Shown here piece by piece: positions 38,044 through 47,000 of a stretch of DNA of 54,193 nt (its first letter is position 1; each line of letters opens with the position of its first letter). The notes beneath the pieces are model-generated. The model saw only the letters and a program-made list of their open reading frames with translations, did no database searches and was not told where the DNA came from. The position numbers and the translations under genes are program-made. Source of the stretch: Pseudomonadota bacterium (GTDB lineage: Bacteria; UBA10199; 2-02-FULL-44-16; JAAZCA01). The stretch covers positions 1 to 54,193 of the forward strand of contig JAZDOG010000055.1 in NCBI GenBank assembly GCA_043798915.1, read 5' to 3'.

Positions 38044-39117
38044 TTATTTCCCCATGCACGCATTTGCCGCATATGCCTTTCCGAGCGCTTTCTGGGAGGC
38101 CGCGGTGTCGCCCTGTCCCGTAAGGACGAGCGAGAGATGATACCACGAAACCGCGTCCTCGGGAACTGCATCTGTGGCGCGCCTGAAGGCAGCTGCTGCG
38201 TCTTTCAGGTTGCCTGCTTTTTCAGCCATAAGCCCGCCCGAGAATGCGGCATTGCCGGTGAGAAACCTGTTCTCGATCCGGCCCTTCCTCGAGACCTCAA
38301 TGCCTATCCAGAACGGCACTGCGGGCGGCTGGCCGGAGAGCTTCCCCATCTGCGTCATCTCGTCCTCTGCCTTCTGGAAATAGCTGCCGTAGGGCTCCTG
38401 GCGCCCCTTGTGATAGATGCCCAGGAAGGCATCGACGCCGATCATCCCAATATAGCCGAGCGGCGAGCGATAGTCTATGCGCTTTGTATCCGTGAACCAG
38501 GTGGAGGCCACGTCCATCTTCTCGATGCGGAAGCTCTCGAGCGCCTGCCGTCCTTTCGAATAGCTTTCGTACGCCCTGGTCGATGAGGTGGCTCGTTCGA
38601 CTGACCCGAATGCTCTCGGATCGGCCCTAGCCTTGGCGAGGTTCATGATCTCCTTTGCGGCCTCGGCGAGCTTCGTGAAGAATTCCTGGTTGTCGGGATA
38701 GGGTGTGTTGATTTCGGTCTGTTTTACAGGACGGCCGCTTGCCCCCTCCGAGGTGCTGACGAATATCCGCAGGTTTTGTCCGATATGTTCGAATTTGCCC
38801 GAGACTGTGTAGTCAGGAGCTCCGGCGCCTGCGGTGAGGCCGGCCAGGACGCGCAGACCCCTTGATGAGCGCATGAGATCGGCGAGGTAGTCGCGGATGC
38901 CGGCTGAGAGCCATTCATCTCCGCCTGCCTTCGTGTAGTCGGAGAAGGGTTGGACGGCGATCGCCGTCTTGCCCGGCATGTGGCTTGCTTCATATTCCGT
39001 CATTGCGTGCGGCCAGTCGGTGCATGTGCGGTTGGTTGTCTTGGCAACGGTGCGCAGGGGGAGACAGAGGATGGCGGCCGCGGCCGCGAGCACGACTATT
39101 CGTTTTCTTTGCAGCAT
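38044..39117 (-). CDS. Exported protein with TolB_N/FlgO-like domain and C-terminal TPR
   Basis: Start MLQRKR with signal peptide; IAVQPF...WLSAGI..L pattern; the upstream part of the 977-aa ORF is antisense shadow. Confidence 0.7.
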   Translation of the reverse strand: MLQRKRIVVLAAAAAILCLPLRTVAKTTNRTCTDWPHAMTEYEASHMPGKTAIAVQPFSDYTKAGGDEWLSAGIRDYLADLMRSSRGLRVLAGLTAGAGAPDYTVSGKFEHIGQNLRIFVSTSEGASGRPVKQTEINTPYPDNQEFFTKLAEAAKEIMNLAKARADPRAFGSVERATSSTRAYESYSKGRQALESFRIEKMDVASTWFTDTKRIDYRSPLGYIGMIGVDAFLGIYHKGRQEPYGSYFQKAEDEMTQMGKLSGQPPAVPFWIGIEVSRKGRIENRFLTGNAAFSGGLMAEKAGNLKDAAAAFRRATDAVPEDAVSWYHLSLVLTGQGDTAASQKALGKAYAANACMGK

Positions 39118-39181
39118 CGGGCTCCGAGTATTGTTATTTCCCTTGATAAAATCAAGCGGTATGTCCTTCAGGCCGGTTGCT

Positions 39182-39198
39182 TTGGCTTTACCTTTGCA
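39182..39198 (+). promoter_or_regulatory. Sigma-54 promoter
   Basis: TTGGCTTTACCTTTGCA (GG-N10-GC), 27 bp upstream of the ATG at 39226. Confidence 0.6.
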
Positions 39199-39225
39199 GT
39201 GCATTTGTGATAAACAAGAACGATC

Positions 39226-41550
39226 ATGGCTGAGAAAGATACGAAGGGCGAGGGTGGCGGGGCCCATGCTCCGAAGCATCTGCCCGCGCCCGGCCCGGAC
39301 GAACGGACAATCATCCGAGCGGTGGAGAGCGACAGGGTATCCCCTCCAGTCAGGTCGCAGTACCAGCCGCCCTACATGGTCGTGGTCGAAGGCCCGCGCA
39401 CTGGCTCGCGTTTTCCACTCGGAGATGGACCGAACATCGTCGGCCGCGCACCGGGCAACGCCATCCGCCTCGAGGACCAGAGCGTTTCGCGCCAGCACTC
39501 GGAGATCACAAAGGGTCTGTCGGGCTGGATGGTCAAGGACCTGGGCAGCAAGAACGGGACTCTCGTCAACGGCAAACTCATCGCAGAGGCGGTGGTCATC
39601 GGCCACAAGGATTTCGTAAAGACGGGCATCTATCAGCTGCGCCTCATAACGCAACCGATGAGTCTGGAGGAGGAGATGACTCTGCCTCCCGATCTCGCGA
39701 TGCCCGACCGCACGGTCTTCGTCGCCGCGCCGCCCGACAGCCTGACCTCGGAGATGCTGAAAAAGGAAGCTCCGGCGGAAAAGCCGCAGCCTTCGCTGCC
39801 GGCGGAGGAAGGCGGAAAAGTTGAGGAAGGCGAGGGAGAGGAATTTGAGGGAGAGGAAGGCGGGGGAGTCGAGAAAGTTGAGATGGTTCCTGAGGTGCAG
39901 CCTGAAAAACCGGCGGCAAAGCCTGGCGCAAAGCGCCAGCTCGTTATGGTCGCTGTCCTGGCCCTCGTTTCGATCATAGCCATCGCCTATTTTGCGAACC
40001 GGTTCTTTTTCAAACCGCACAAGGTGAAAAAACCTGCACATGCCGCAGCTGCTGCCGAGGAAGCGCTTCCTGAAGGAACGGCCTTGCAGCCACAGGACCT
40101 TACCCTTGAGCCCCCGCCGGAGCCGCCTCAAGCGCCTCCCGGGCAGCTTCCAGCAGCGCCCCAGCAGGCCGGACAACAGATGCTGCCTGCGGTTCCAACG
40201 CTGAATCCCGCTCAGCCGCTCGCGCGGCCGGTCCATCCCGTTCCGGTCTTCCTTGACTTCGCGTCCAGTCCGATGCCCACGAAGGTGACGTTCGAGGACA
40301 AGGAGCTGGGGATGACCCCTCTCCGCATAAATGCGCAGCTGTCGCCTGGCCGCAGCTATCAGGCCCGCGCGCTTTTCGTGATGCCGGAGATTCAGCAGCA
40401 GTACACGCAGGAATCGCAGTTCGCCGTTGAGAAGGACCAGTCGGTCGTCCCGATACTCTTCCGCGCGCCGATCGGCATGCTCAAGGTTATGAACCTCCCT
40501 CGCGATGTGCAGTTCTATCTGGAGGGAAAGTTCTCGTACGAAAAGTTTCAGGAGCAGACGGCCAAGCTCCAGGGGATAGTCCTGCAGAAGCCGATCTACA
40601 TACCCTACGGAAACTATTCGTTGGAGCTGCGCCGTTCCCGCCAGATGGGCGAGACGTCCCCGACGTTTGTCTCCGGCATCATCTTCAGGAGGGAATTCAC
40701 CATCGCGCAAGAGAGTCCGACATATACGCTCGAGGTGAAGGATGAGGACCTCACGGTCTTCCCCGTGAAGATACGCTCGGACCCGCCCAACGCGGACGTA
40801 TTCGTGGATGGAAAGGCGGTCGGAAAAACCCCGTTTGAAGGCATTTTCCCGCTTGGCGAGCACAAACTCACGCTGCGCAAGGAGGGTTATTTCGAGCATT
40901 CCGAGGACCTGAAGGTCGACGTCAACACGCCGTTCGCGGCCGAGGTGAAGCTCAAGACGTCGGTGGCTGGCGCGCATCTCAACAACGCGAGGCAGGCCAT
41001 GGGGAGGGCGATGTACCAGGAGGCGATAAACGAGCTGGCCGAGGCGCTCAACTCCAGCCCGGCGCCCACCGAGGTGGCGCTTTCAAACTACTTGCTCGGC
41101 CAGTGCTATTTGAAGGCGGGCGACGTCCAGAGGGCCATCGGCTATTTCACACAGGCCAGGGAGAGCGAGACGCAGAGGTATCCCGCGATTCTGGGGCTCG
41201 CCACTTCCTATGCGATGCTTCAGCAGATGAACCAGGCGCTGCCGCTTCTGGTCGAGGTGATGCTCAAGACGACGGACGACGAAACCAAGAGGGCGGCGCA
41301 CGGTCTCTTCCAGAAGATGTCGCCTTTCCACTCTGTGATCTACGTCTACTCCGAGCCGCCCGGGGCCCAGGTGACGGTCAACGACAAGCCGGTGGCGCAG
41401 CAGACCCCGGTGATTCTCCACGAGCTGCCGCTCGGCAACTATCGCCTGCGCGTCGACAAGACGGGCTTTCTCCCGACCGAGATGAATCTCTCTCTTTCAG
41501 TCAACGAGTTCAATCCTGTGATAGTGAAGCTCAAGCCGATTCCCCAATAG
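39226..41550 (+). CDS. FHA-TM-PEGA-TPR-PEGA membrane protein
   Basis: FHA motifs VGR..SVSRQHS..DLGSKNGTLVNG; one TM helix; PEGA motifs (SDPPNADVFVDG..GKTP, SEPPGAQVTVN); TPR helices. Confidence 0.88.
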   Translation: MAEKDTKGEGGGAHAPKHLPAPGPDERTIIRAVESDRVSPPVRSQYQPPYMVVVEGPRTGSRFPLGDGPNIVGRAPGNAIRLEDQSVSRQHSEITKGLSGWMVKDLGSKNGTLVNGKLIAEAVVIGHKDFVKTGIYQLRLITQPMSLEEEMTLPPDLAMPDRTVFVAAPPDSLTSEMLKKEAPAEKPQPSLPAEEGGKVEEGEGEEFEGEEGGGVEKVEMVPEVQPEKPAAKPGAKRQLVMVAVLALVSIIAIAYFANRFFFKPHKVKKPAHAAAAAEEALPEGTALQPQDLTLEPPPEPPQAPPGQLPAAPQQAGQQMLPAVPTLNPAQPLARPVHPVPVFLDFASSPMPTKVTFEDKELGMTPLRINAQLSPGRSYQARALFVMPEIQQQYTQESQFAVEKDQSVVPILFRAPIGMLKVMNLPRDVQFYLEGKFSYEKFQEQTAKLQGIVLQKPIYIPYGNYSLELRRSRQMGETSPTFVSGIIFRREFTIAQESPTYTLEVKDEDLTVFPVKIRSDPPNADVFVDGKAVGKTPFEGIFPLGEHKLTLRKEGYFEHSEDLKVDVNTPFAAEVKLKTSVAGAHLNNARQAMGRAMYQEAINELAEALNSSPAPTEVALSNYLLGQCYLKAGDVQRAIGYFTQARESETQRYPAILGLATSYAMLQQMNQALPLLVEVMLKTTDDETKRAAHGLFQKMSPFHSVIYVYSEPPGAQVTVNDKPVAQQTPVILHELPLGNYRLRVDKTGFLPTEMNLSLSVNEFNPVIVKLKPIPQ

Positions 41551-41566
41551 AGGCGCTTCCACTCAT

Positions 41567-41622
41567 TATGTCCTTCAGAATTGGTTGCTTTGGCTTTGCC
41601 TCTGCGGTGCGTTTGTGATAAA
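41567..41622 (+). repeat. Diverged copy of the 39160-39214 upstream region, including the sigma-54 motif
   Basis: TATGTCCTTCAG..GGTTGCTTTGGCTTTGCCTCTGCGGTGCGTTTGTGATAAA aligns to 39160-39214. Confidence 0.8.
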
Positions 41623-41771
41623 AAGGAGTGGCTGGGGCTGACAAAAGATGTTGTTTGGACAGGCTTTAGTGGCACGAGGGAAAGCGTTACATGAGATATC
41701 TTTTTTTGCCAGTCGCTGTTGGCGCAGTCTTTGCCGTCTGCGGTTGTCCGGCGAGCCTATAGAGGGGTCCT

Positions 41772-43838
41772 ATGGTGGAGCAGGAAGTCCTCGTGAACGC
41801 CAACAAGCTCAAGTCCTTCGTCCAGGATATATTCGTAAAAATCGGCGTTCCGAAAGATGATGCCAAGACCGTCGCGGACAATCTCGTCGCGGCCGAATTT
41901 AAGGGCATTCCCTCCAACGGGGTGGTGAAGCTCGAGAGGTACGTGAAGGAAATCAGGGACGGGCTCATCGGGCCCCTCACGATCTTCGTCGCCACGCCGC
42001 CCGGCAGCCTGACCTCGGAGATGCTGAAAAAGGGGGTTCTGGCGGAAAAGCCGCAGCCGGAGTGGCCGACGGAAAAGCCTCAGGCGTGGCAGCCGGCGGA
42101 AAAGACGCAGGCGTGGCGGCCGGCGGAGGAAAGCAAGAGAGAGGAAGGCAGGGCAACCGAGAAAGTCGAGACGGTCCCCGAGGTGCAGCTTGAAAAACCG
42201 GCGGCAAAGCCCGGCATAAAGCGCCGGCTCGTTATGGTCGCTGCCCTGGCCCTCGTTTCGATCATCGCCGTCGCCTATTTTGCGAACCGGTTCTATTTCA
42301 AACCGCACAAGGTGAAAGAGCCTGCCCATGCTGCAGCCGCTGCTGAGGAAGCGCTTCCTGAAGGAACGGCCTTGCAGCCACGGGCCCTTAGCCCTGAGAC
42401 GCCGCCGGGGCCGCCTCAAGCGCCTCCACAGGCATCTCCCGGGCAGCTTCCAGCAGCGCCCCAGCAGGCCGGACAACAGATGCTGCCTGTGGTTCCAACG
42501 ACGAATCCCGCGCAGCCGGCCCAGCCTGTCCCGGTCTTCCTCGACTTCGCGTCCAGCCCGATGCCCGCGAAGGTGACGTTCGAGGACAAGGAACTGGGGA
42601 TGACCCCTCTCCGCATAAATGCGCAGCTGTCGCCTGGCCTCAGCTATCAGGCCCGCGCGCTCTTCGTGATGCCGGAGATCGAGCAGCAGTACACGCAGGA
42701 ATCGCAGTTCGCCGTTGAGAAGGATCAGTCGGTCGTCCCGATACTCTTCCGCGCGCCGATCGGCATGCTCAAGGTCATGAACCTCCCTCGCGACGTGCAG
42801 TTCTATCTGGAGGGAAAGTTCTCGTACGAAAAGTCCCAGGAGCAGACGGCCAAGCTCCAGGTGGTAGTCCTGCAGAAGCCGATCTACATGCCCTACGGAA
42901 ACTATTCGTTGGAGCTGCGCCGCTCTCGCCAGATGGGCGAGACGTCCCCGACGTCCGTCTCCGGCATCATCTTCAGGAGGGAATTCACCATCGCGCCAGA
43001 TAGCCCGACGTACACGCTCGAGGTGAAGGATGAGGACCTCACGGTCTTCCCCGTGAAGATACGCTCGGACCCGCCCAACGCGGATGTGTTCATGGACGGG
43101 AAGGCGGTCGGAAAAACCCCGTTTGAAGGCATTTTCCCGCTTGGCGGGCACAAGCTCACGCTGCGCAAAGAGGGTTATTTCGAGCATTCCGAGGACCTGA
43201 AGGTCGACGTCAACACGCCGTTCGTAGCCGAGGTGAAGCTCAAGGCGCCGATGGCTGGAGCGCACATCAACAACGCGAGGCAGGCCATGGGGAGGGCGAT
43301 GTACCAGGAGGCGATAAACGAGCTGGCCGAGGCGCTGAACTCTGCTCCAGCGCCCACCGAGGTGGCGCTTTCAAACTACCTGTTCGGCCAGTGCTATTTG
43401 AAGGTGGGCGATATCCAGAAGGCCATCGGCTATTTTACACAGGCCAGGGAGAGCGAGACGCAGAGGTATCCCGCGATTCTGGGGCTCGCCACTTCCTATG
43501 CGATGCTTCAGCAGATGAACCAGGCGCTGCCGCTTCTGGTCGAGGTGATGCTCAAGACGACGGACGACGAAACCAGGAGGGCGGCGCACGATCTCTTCCA
43601 GAAGATGTCGCCTTCACATTCTGTGATCTACGTCTACTCCGAGCCGCCCGGGGCCCAGGTGACGGTCAACGACAAACCGGTGGGGCAGCAGACCCCGGTG
43701 ATCCTCCACGAACTGCCGCTCGGCAACTATCGCCTGCGCGTCGACAAGCCGGGCTTCCTCCCGACCGAACTGAACCTTTCCCTTTCAGTCAACGAGTTCA
43801 ATCCTGTAGCAGTGAAGCTCAAGCCGATCCCTCAATAG
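41772..43838 (+). CDS. Chimeric protein: Ldh_2 dehydrogenase N-terminal ~70 aa fused to TM-PEGA-TPR-PEGA paralog
   Basis: 41772-41981 aligns with 43942-44151; 41978-43838 aligns with 39711-41550; reading frame is intact. Confidence 0.85.
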   Translation: MVEQEVLVNANKLKSFVQDIFVKIGVPKDDAKTVADNLVAAEFKGIPSNGVVKLERYVKEIRDGLIGPLTIFVATPPGSLTSEMLKKGVLAEKPQPEWPTEKPQAWQPAEKTQAWRPAEESKREEGRATEKVETVPEVQLEKPAAKPGIKRRLVMVAALALVSIIAVAYFANRFYFKPHKVKEPAHAAAAAEEALPEGTALQPRALSPETPPGPPQAPPQASPGQLPAAPQQAGQQMLPVVPTTNPAQPAQPVPVFLDFASSPMPAKVTFEDKELGMTPLRINAQLSPGLSYQARALFVMPEIEQQYTQESQFAVEKDQSVVPILFRAPIGMLKVMNLPRDVQFYLEGKFSYEKSQEQTAKLQVVVLQKPIYMPYGNYSLELRRSRQMGETSPTSVSGIIFRREFTIAPDSPTYTLEVKDEDLTVFPVKIRSDPPNADVFMDGKAVGKTPFEGIFPLGGHKLTLRKEGYFEHSEDLKVDVNTPFVAEVKLKAPMAGAHINNARQAMGRAMYQEAINELAEALNSAPAPTEVALSNYLFGQCYLKVGDIQKAIGYFTQARESETQRYPAILGLATSYAMLQQMNQALPLLVEVMLKTTDDETRRAAHDLFQKMSPSHSVIYVYSEPPGAQVTVNDKPVGQQTPVILHELPLGNYRLRVDKPGFLPTELNLSLSVNEFNPVAVKLKPIPQ

Positions 43839-43941
43839 GTAAGAAAAAGGGGATGTCCCCTTTTTCTTTCCCGCACTTGACAAACGCTGTCTGGAAAGGC
43901 TTTAAAGGCTGCGGTTGTCCGGCTAGCCTGTGAGGGATCCT

Positions 43942-45036
43942 ATGGTGGAGCAGGATGTCGTTGTGGATGTCGACGAGCTCAAGTCCTTCGTCCGGAATAT
44001 ACTCGTAAAAATCGGCGTCCCAAACGATGACGCCATGATTGTCGCGGACAATCTCGTCGCGGCCGACTTGAGGGGCATTCCCTCCCACGGGGTGGCGAGG
44101 TTCGAGAGGTACGTGAAGGGAATCAGGGACGGACTCATCGGGCCCGTCACGACGCTCACCACCGTCGTCGAAACGGCCGCGACTGCGACGCTCGACGCAA
44201 ACGACGGCCTGGGGCAGGTTGCCGGCAAGGCGGCGATGGAGCTGGCGATCCGGAAGGCGGGAGAGTCCGGGGCCGGCTTCGTGGCTGTCCGCCACAGCAA
44301 TCACTACGGCATCGCCGCCTTCTATTCGATGATGGCCCTTTCCCGCGACATGATCGGCATATCGATGACCAACTCCGCGCCGCTGGTCGTCCCCACGTTT
44401 GGCAGCGAGATCGTTGTCGGCACGAACCCCCTGAGCGTTGCGGCGCCTGCTTCCGGCGAGCGCCCGTTCGTCCTGGACATGGCGACCTCCGCCGTTCCGC
44501 GCGGAAAGGTCGAGGTCTGTGAGAGGCAGGGCAAGCCCCTGCCGCACGGATGGGCGACGGACGATGAAGGCCGCGGGACGACAGATGCTGCCCTCGTCCT
44601 CAAAAATCTGCTCGAGAGGAGGGGCGGCGGGCTTTTGCCGCTGGGCGGGGAGGGGGAACTCCTAGGAGGGCACAAGGGCTATGGCCTTTCTCTCATGATC
44701 GACATACTCACGGGGGTCCTCTCCGGCGGGGCGTTTGGGACGCATCTCTATGAGAAAAAAGACGGCAGGCCCCAGCCCGCGAACGTGAGCCACTTCTTCG
44801 GCGCGCTCGATATCAAGAGCTTTCGTCCGGTCGGGGAGTTCAAAAAATCGCTCGACCGATACATGCTGGAGATCAAGGAGTCGGCCAAGGCGGCAGGCCA
44901 GTCCAGAATCTATGTGCACGGCGAGAAGGAGCAGGAGATGGCGGAGAGGCTTGCGAAGACGGGCGTCCCCCTCCATCCTAAAACCGCAGGGATGATGCGG
45001 CGCATAGCGACGGAGGTGGGGGTGCAGCCGTTTTGA
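43942..45036 (+). CDS. Ldh_2 family oxidoreductase (probable malate dehydrogenase)
   Basis: ADLRGIPSHG, SNHYG, GTNP, VLDMATS and GHKGYGL motifs; first gene of a TCA-enzyme operon. Confidence 0.88.
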   Translation: MVEQDVVVDVDELKSFVRNILVKIGVPNDDAMIVADNLVAADLRGIPSHGVARFERYVKGIRDGLIGPVTTLTTVVETAATATLDANDGLGQVAGKAAMELAIRKAGESGAGFVAVRHSNHYGIAAFYSMMALSRDMIGISMTNSAPLVVPTFGSEIVVGTNPLSVAAPASGERPFVLDMATSAVPRGKVEVCERQGKPLPHGWATDDEGRGTTDAALVLKNLLERRGGGLLPLGGEGELLGGHKGYGLSLMIDILTGVLSGGAFGTHLYEKKDGRPQPANVSHFFGALDIKSFRPVGEFKKSLDRYMLEIKESAKAAGQSRIYVHGEKEQEMAERLAKTGVPLHPKTAGMMRRIATEVGVQPF

Positions 45037-45047
45037 GGAGGGACAAA

Positions 45048-46979
45048 ATGGGGAAAAATATCACACAGAAGATACTTGAGGCGCACCTCAAGGAAGGCGC
45101 CTGGGCGCCGGGTCAAGAGGTAGGCATCCGCATAGACCAGACGCTCACGCAGGATGCCACCGGCACGATGGCCTATCTGCAGTTCGAGGCCATGGGCATG
45201 AAGGAGATAAAGACCGACCTCTCCGTCTCCTATGTCGATCACAATACGATACAGGTCGGCTTCGAGAACGCCGACGACCACGCCTATCTGCATAGCGTCG
45301 CAGCGAAGTACGGCATAGTCTTCTCGCGCCCCGGCAACGGCATCTGCCATCAGGTCCACCTCGAGCGCTTCGGCAAGCCCGGCACCACGCTCCTGGGCAG
45401 CGACTCGCACACGCCGACTGGCGGCGGGATCGGCCAGATAGCGATCGGGGCGGGCGGGCTGGATGTCGCCGTCGCGATGGGCGGCGGCCTTTTTTATCTC
45501 ACCTGCCCCAAGGTGTATAAGGTCAATCTCACCGGCGAATTGAAGCCGTGGGTCACGGCCAAGGATATCGTCCTTAAAATGCTCGAGCTGCTTTCGACGA
45601 AAGGGAACGTCGGCGTCGTCGTCGAATACGCTGGCCCGGGAGTGGCATCGCTCAGCGTTCCGGAGCGCGCGACGATCACCAATATGGGCGCGGAGATGGG
45701 CGTCACCACCTCGATCTTTCCGTCAGACGAAGAGACGCGCAAGTTTCTCAAGGCCGAGGGGCGCGAAAAGGATTGGGTCGAGCTCCAGGCAGGCAAGGAT
45801 GCGGCCTACGATCGCACCATCGATCTCGATCTCTCCGGGATCGAACCTCTCGCCGCGGCGCCGCACAGTCCTGGCAATATAAAGAGGGTGAGCGAGCTCG
45901 CCGGCATGAAGGTCGATCAGGTCTGCATCGGCTCCTGCACCAACTCGTCGTATAAGGACCTGGTGATGGTCGCGAAGATCCTCAAGGGCAAAAAGGCGCA
46001 TCCTGCCACGAGCCTCGGGGTGGCGCCCGGCTCCCGCCAGGTCCTTGCGATGCTCGCGCGTGAAGGGCACCTCGCGGACCTCATAGATGCCGGTGCTCGT
46101 ATCCTCGAGAGCACATGCGGTTTCTGCATAGGCAACTCGATGAGCCCCAAGTCGGAGGGGATCTCCATCAGGACGATCAACCGCAACTTCGAGGGGCGCT
46201 CGGGGACCAAGGATGCGCAGGTCTATCTCACGAGCTGCGAGGTTGCGGCGGCGGCTGCGATCAAAGGTGAATTTGCCGATCCGCGAAAATTGGGAATCGA
46301 GTATCCCCGCGTTCATTTGCCCGATCATTATGAGATTGACGACAGCATGTTCGTCTTTCCCGACCGCAAACTTTGCGAGACAAAGATCGTCCGGGGTCCC
46401 AATATTGGCGCGCCGCCGACAAACGAGAAGTTATCCTCCGCGCTGGGGGGCGAGGTCATGATAAAGGTCCCGGACAAGACAACGACCGACCACATCATGC
46501 CCGCGGGTGCGAGGCTCAAGTACCGCTCCAACGTCCCGAAATACGCGACGTTTGTCTTCGAGAATGTCGATGCGACGTTTTCTGAGCGCTGCATGAAGAA
46601 CAAGGAGAAGGGCGTTCACAACGTGATCGTGGCCGGCGAGTCATACGGCCAGGGATCCAGCCGCGAGCATGCGGCGCTCTGCCCGATGTATCTGAACGTC
46701 AAAGCGGTGCTCGCGAAATCCTTCGAGCGCATACATGCCGCAAATCTCGTGAACTTCGGAATCGTTCCGCTCACATTCGATGATCCGGCCGATTACGACA
46801 GGATCAATCAGGGCGACAGGCTCGCGGCGGCCGATTTCCGCAAAGAGCTCGAAAAGGGCAATACCCTGACGCTCACGGATGCCGCCGGCAACATAAAGAT
46901 AGTCTGCAAAGCGAACCTCTCGGAGAGGCAGAGAAAGATAGTGCTGGCTGGCGGGCTCTTGAACTACACCAATGCTTAA
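45048..46979 (+). CDS. acn: Aconitate hydratase
   Basis: QDATGT, DHN, GICHQ, DSHT, GSCTN, CGFCIG, NRNFEGR, TTDHI and GSSRE motifs. Confidence 0.93.
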   Translation: MGKNITQKILEAHLKEGAWAPGQEVGIRIDQTLTQDATGTMAYLQFEAMGMKEIKTDLSVSYVDHNTIQVGFENADDHAYLHSVAAKYGIVFSRPGNGICHQVHLERFGKPGTTLLGSDSHTPTGGGIGQIAIGAGGLDVAVAMGGGLFYLTCPKVYKVNLTGELKPWVTAKDIVLKMLELLSTKGNVGVVVEYAGPGVASLSVPERATITNMGAEMGVTTSIFPSDEETRKFLKAEGREKDWVELQAGKDAAYDRTIDLDLSGIEPLAAAPHSPGNIKRVSELAGMKVDQVCIGSCTNSSYKDLVMVAKILKGKKAHPATSLGVAPGSRQVLAMLAREGHLADLIDAGARILESTCGFCIGNSMSPKSEGISIRTINRNFEGRSGTKDAQVYLTSCEVAAAAAIKGEFADPRKLGIEYPRVHLPDHYEIDDSMFVFPDRKLCETKIVRGPNIGAPPTNEKLSSALGGEVMIKVPDKTTTDHIMPAGARLKYRSNVPKYATFVFENVDATFSERCMKNKEKGVHNVIVAGESYGQGSSREHAALCPMYLNVKAVLAKSFERIHAANLVNFGIVPLTFDDPADYDRINQGDRLAAADFRKELEKGNTLTLTDAAGNIKIVCKANLSERQRKIVLAGGLLNYTNA

Positions 46980-47000
46980 AATTATAGAAAGGGTGTGAGT

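Noticed and set aside
39118..40977. Upstream 620 aa of the 977-aa minus-strand ORF
   Set aside because: It is the antisense shadow of the FHA-PEGA gene; a credible protein starts only at MLQRKR (39117).
43844..43865. AAAAAGGGGATGTCCCCTTTTT palindrome as a mobile-element end
   Set aside because: Single copy directly after a stop codon; most simply a terminator.
39711..44147. Tandem duplication as a simple assembly artefact
   Set aside because: The copies differ by many substitutions and in-frame indels throughout, unlike an artificially duplicated contig; read-level confirmation is still advisable.
41772..44151. Duplicated segments as a diversity-generating retroelement TR/VR pair
   Set aside because: Differences are not restricted to adenines and no reverse transcriptase is present.
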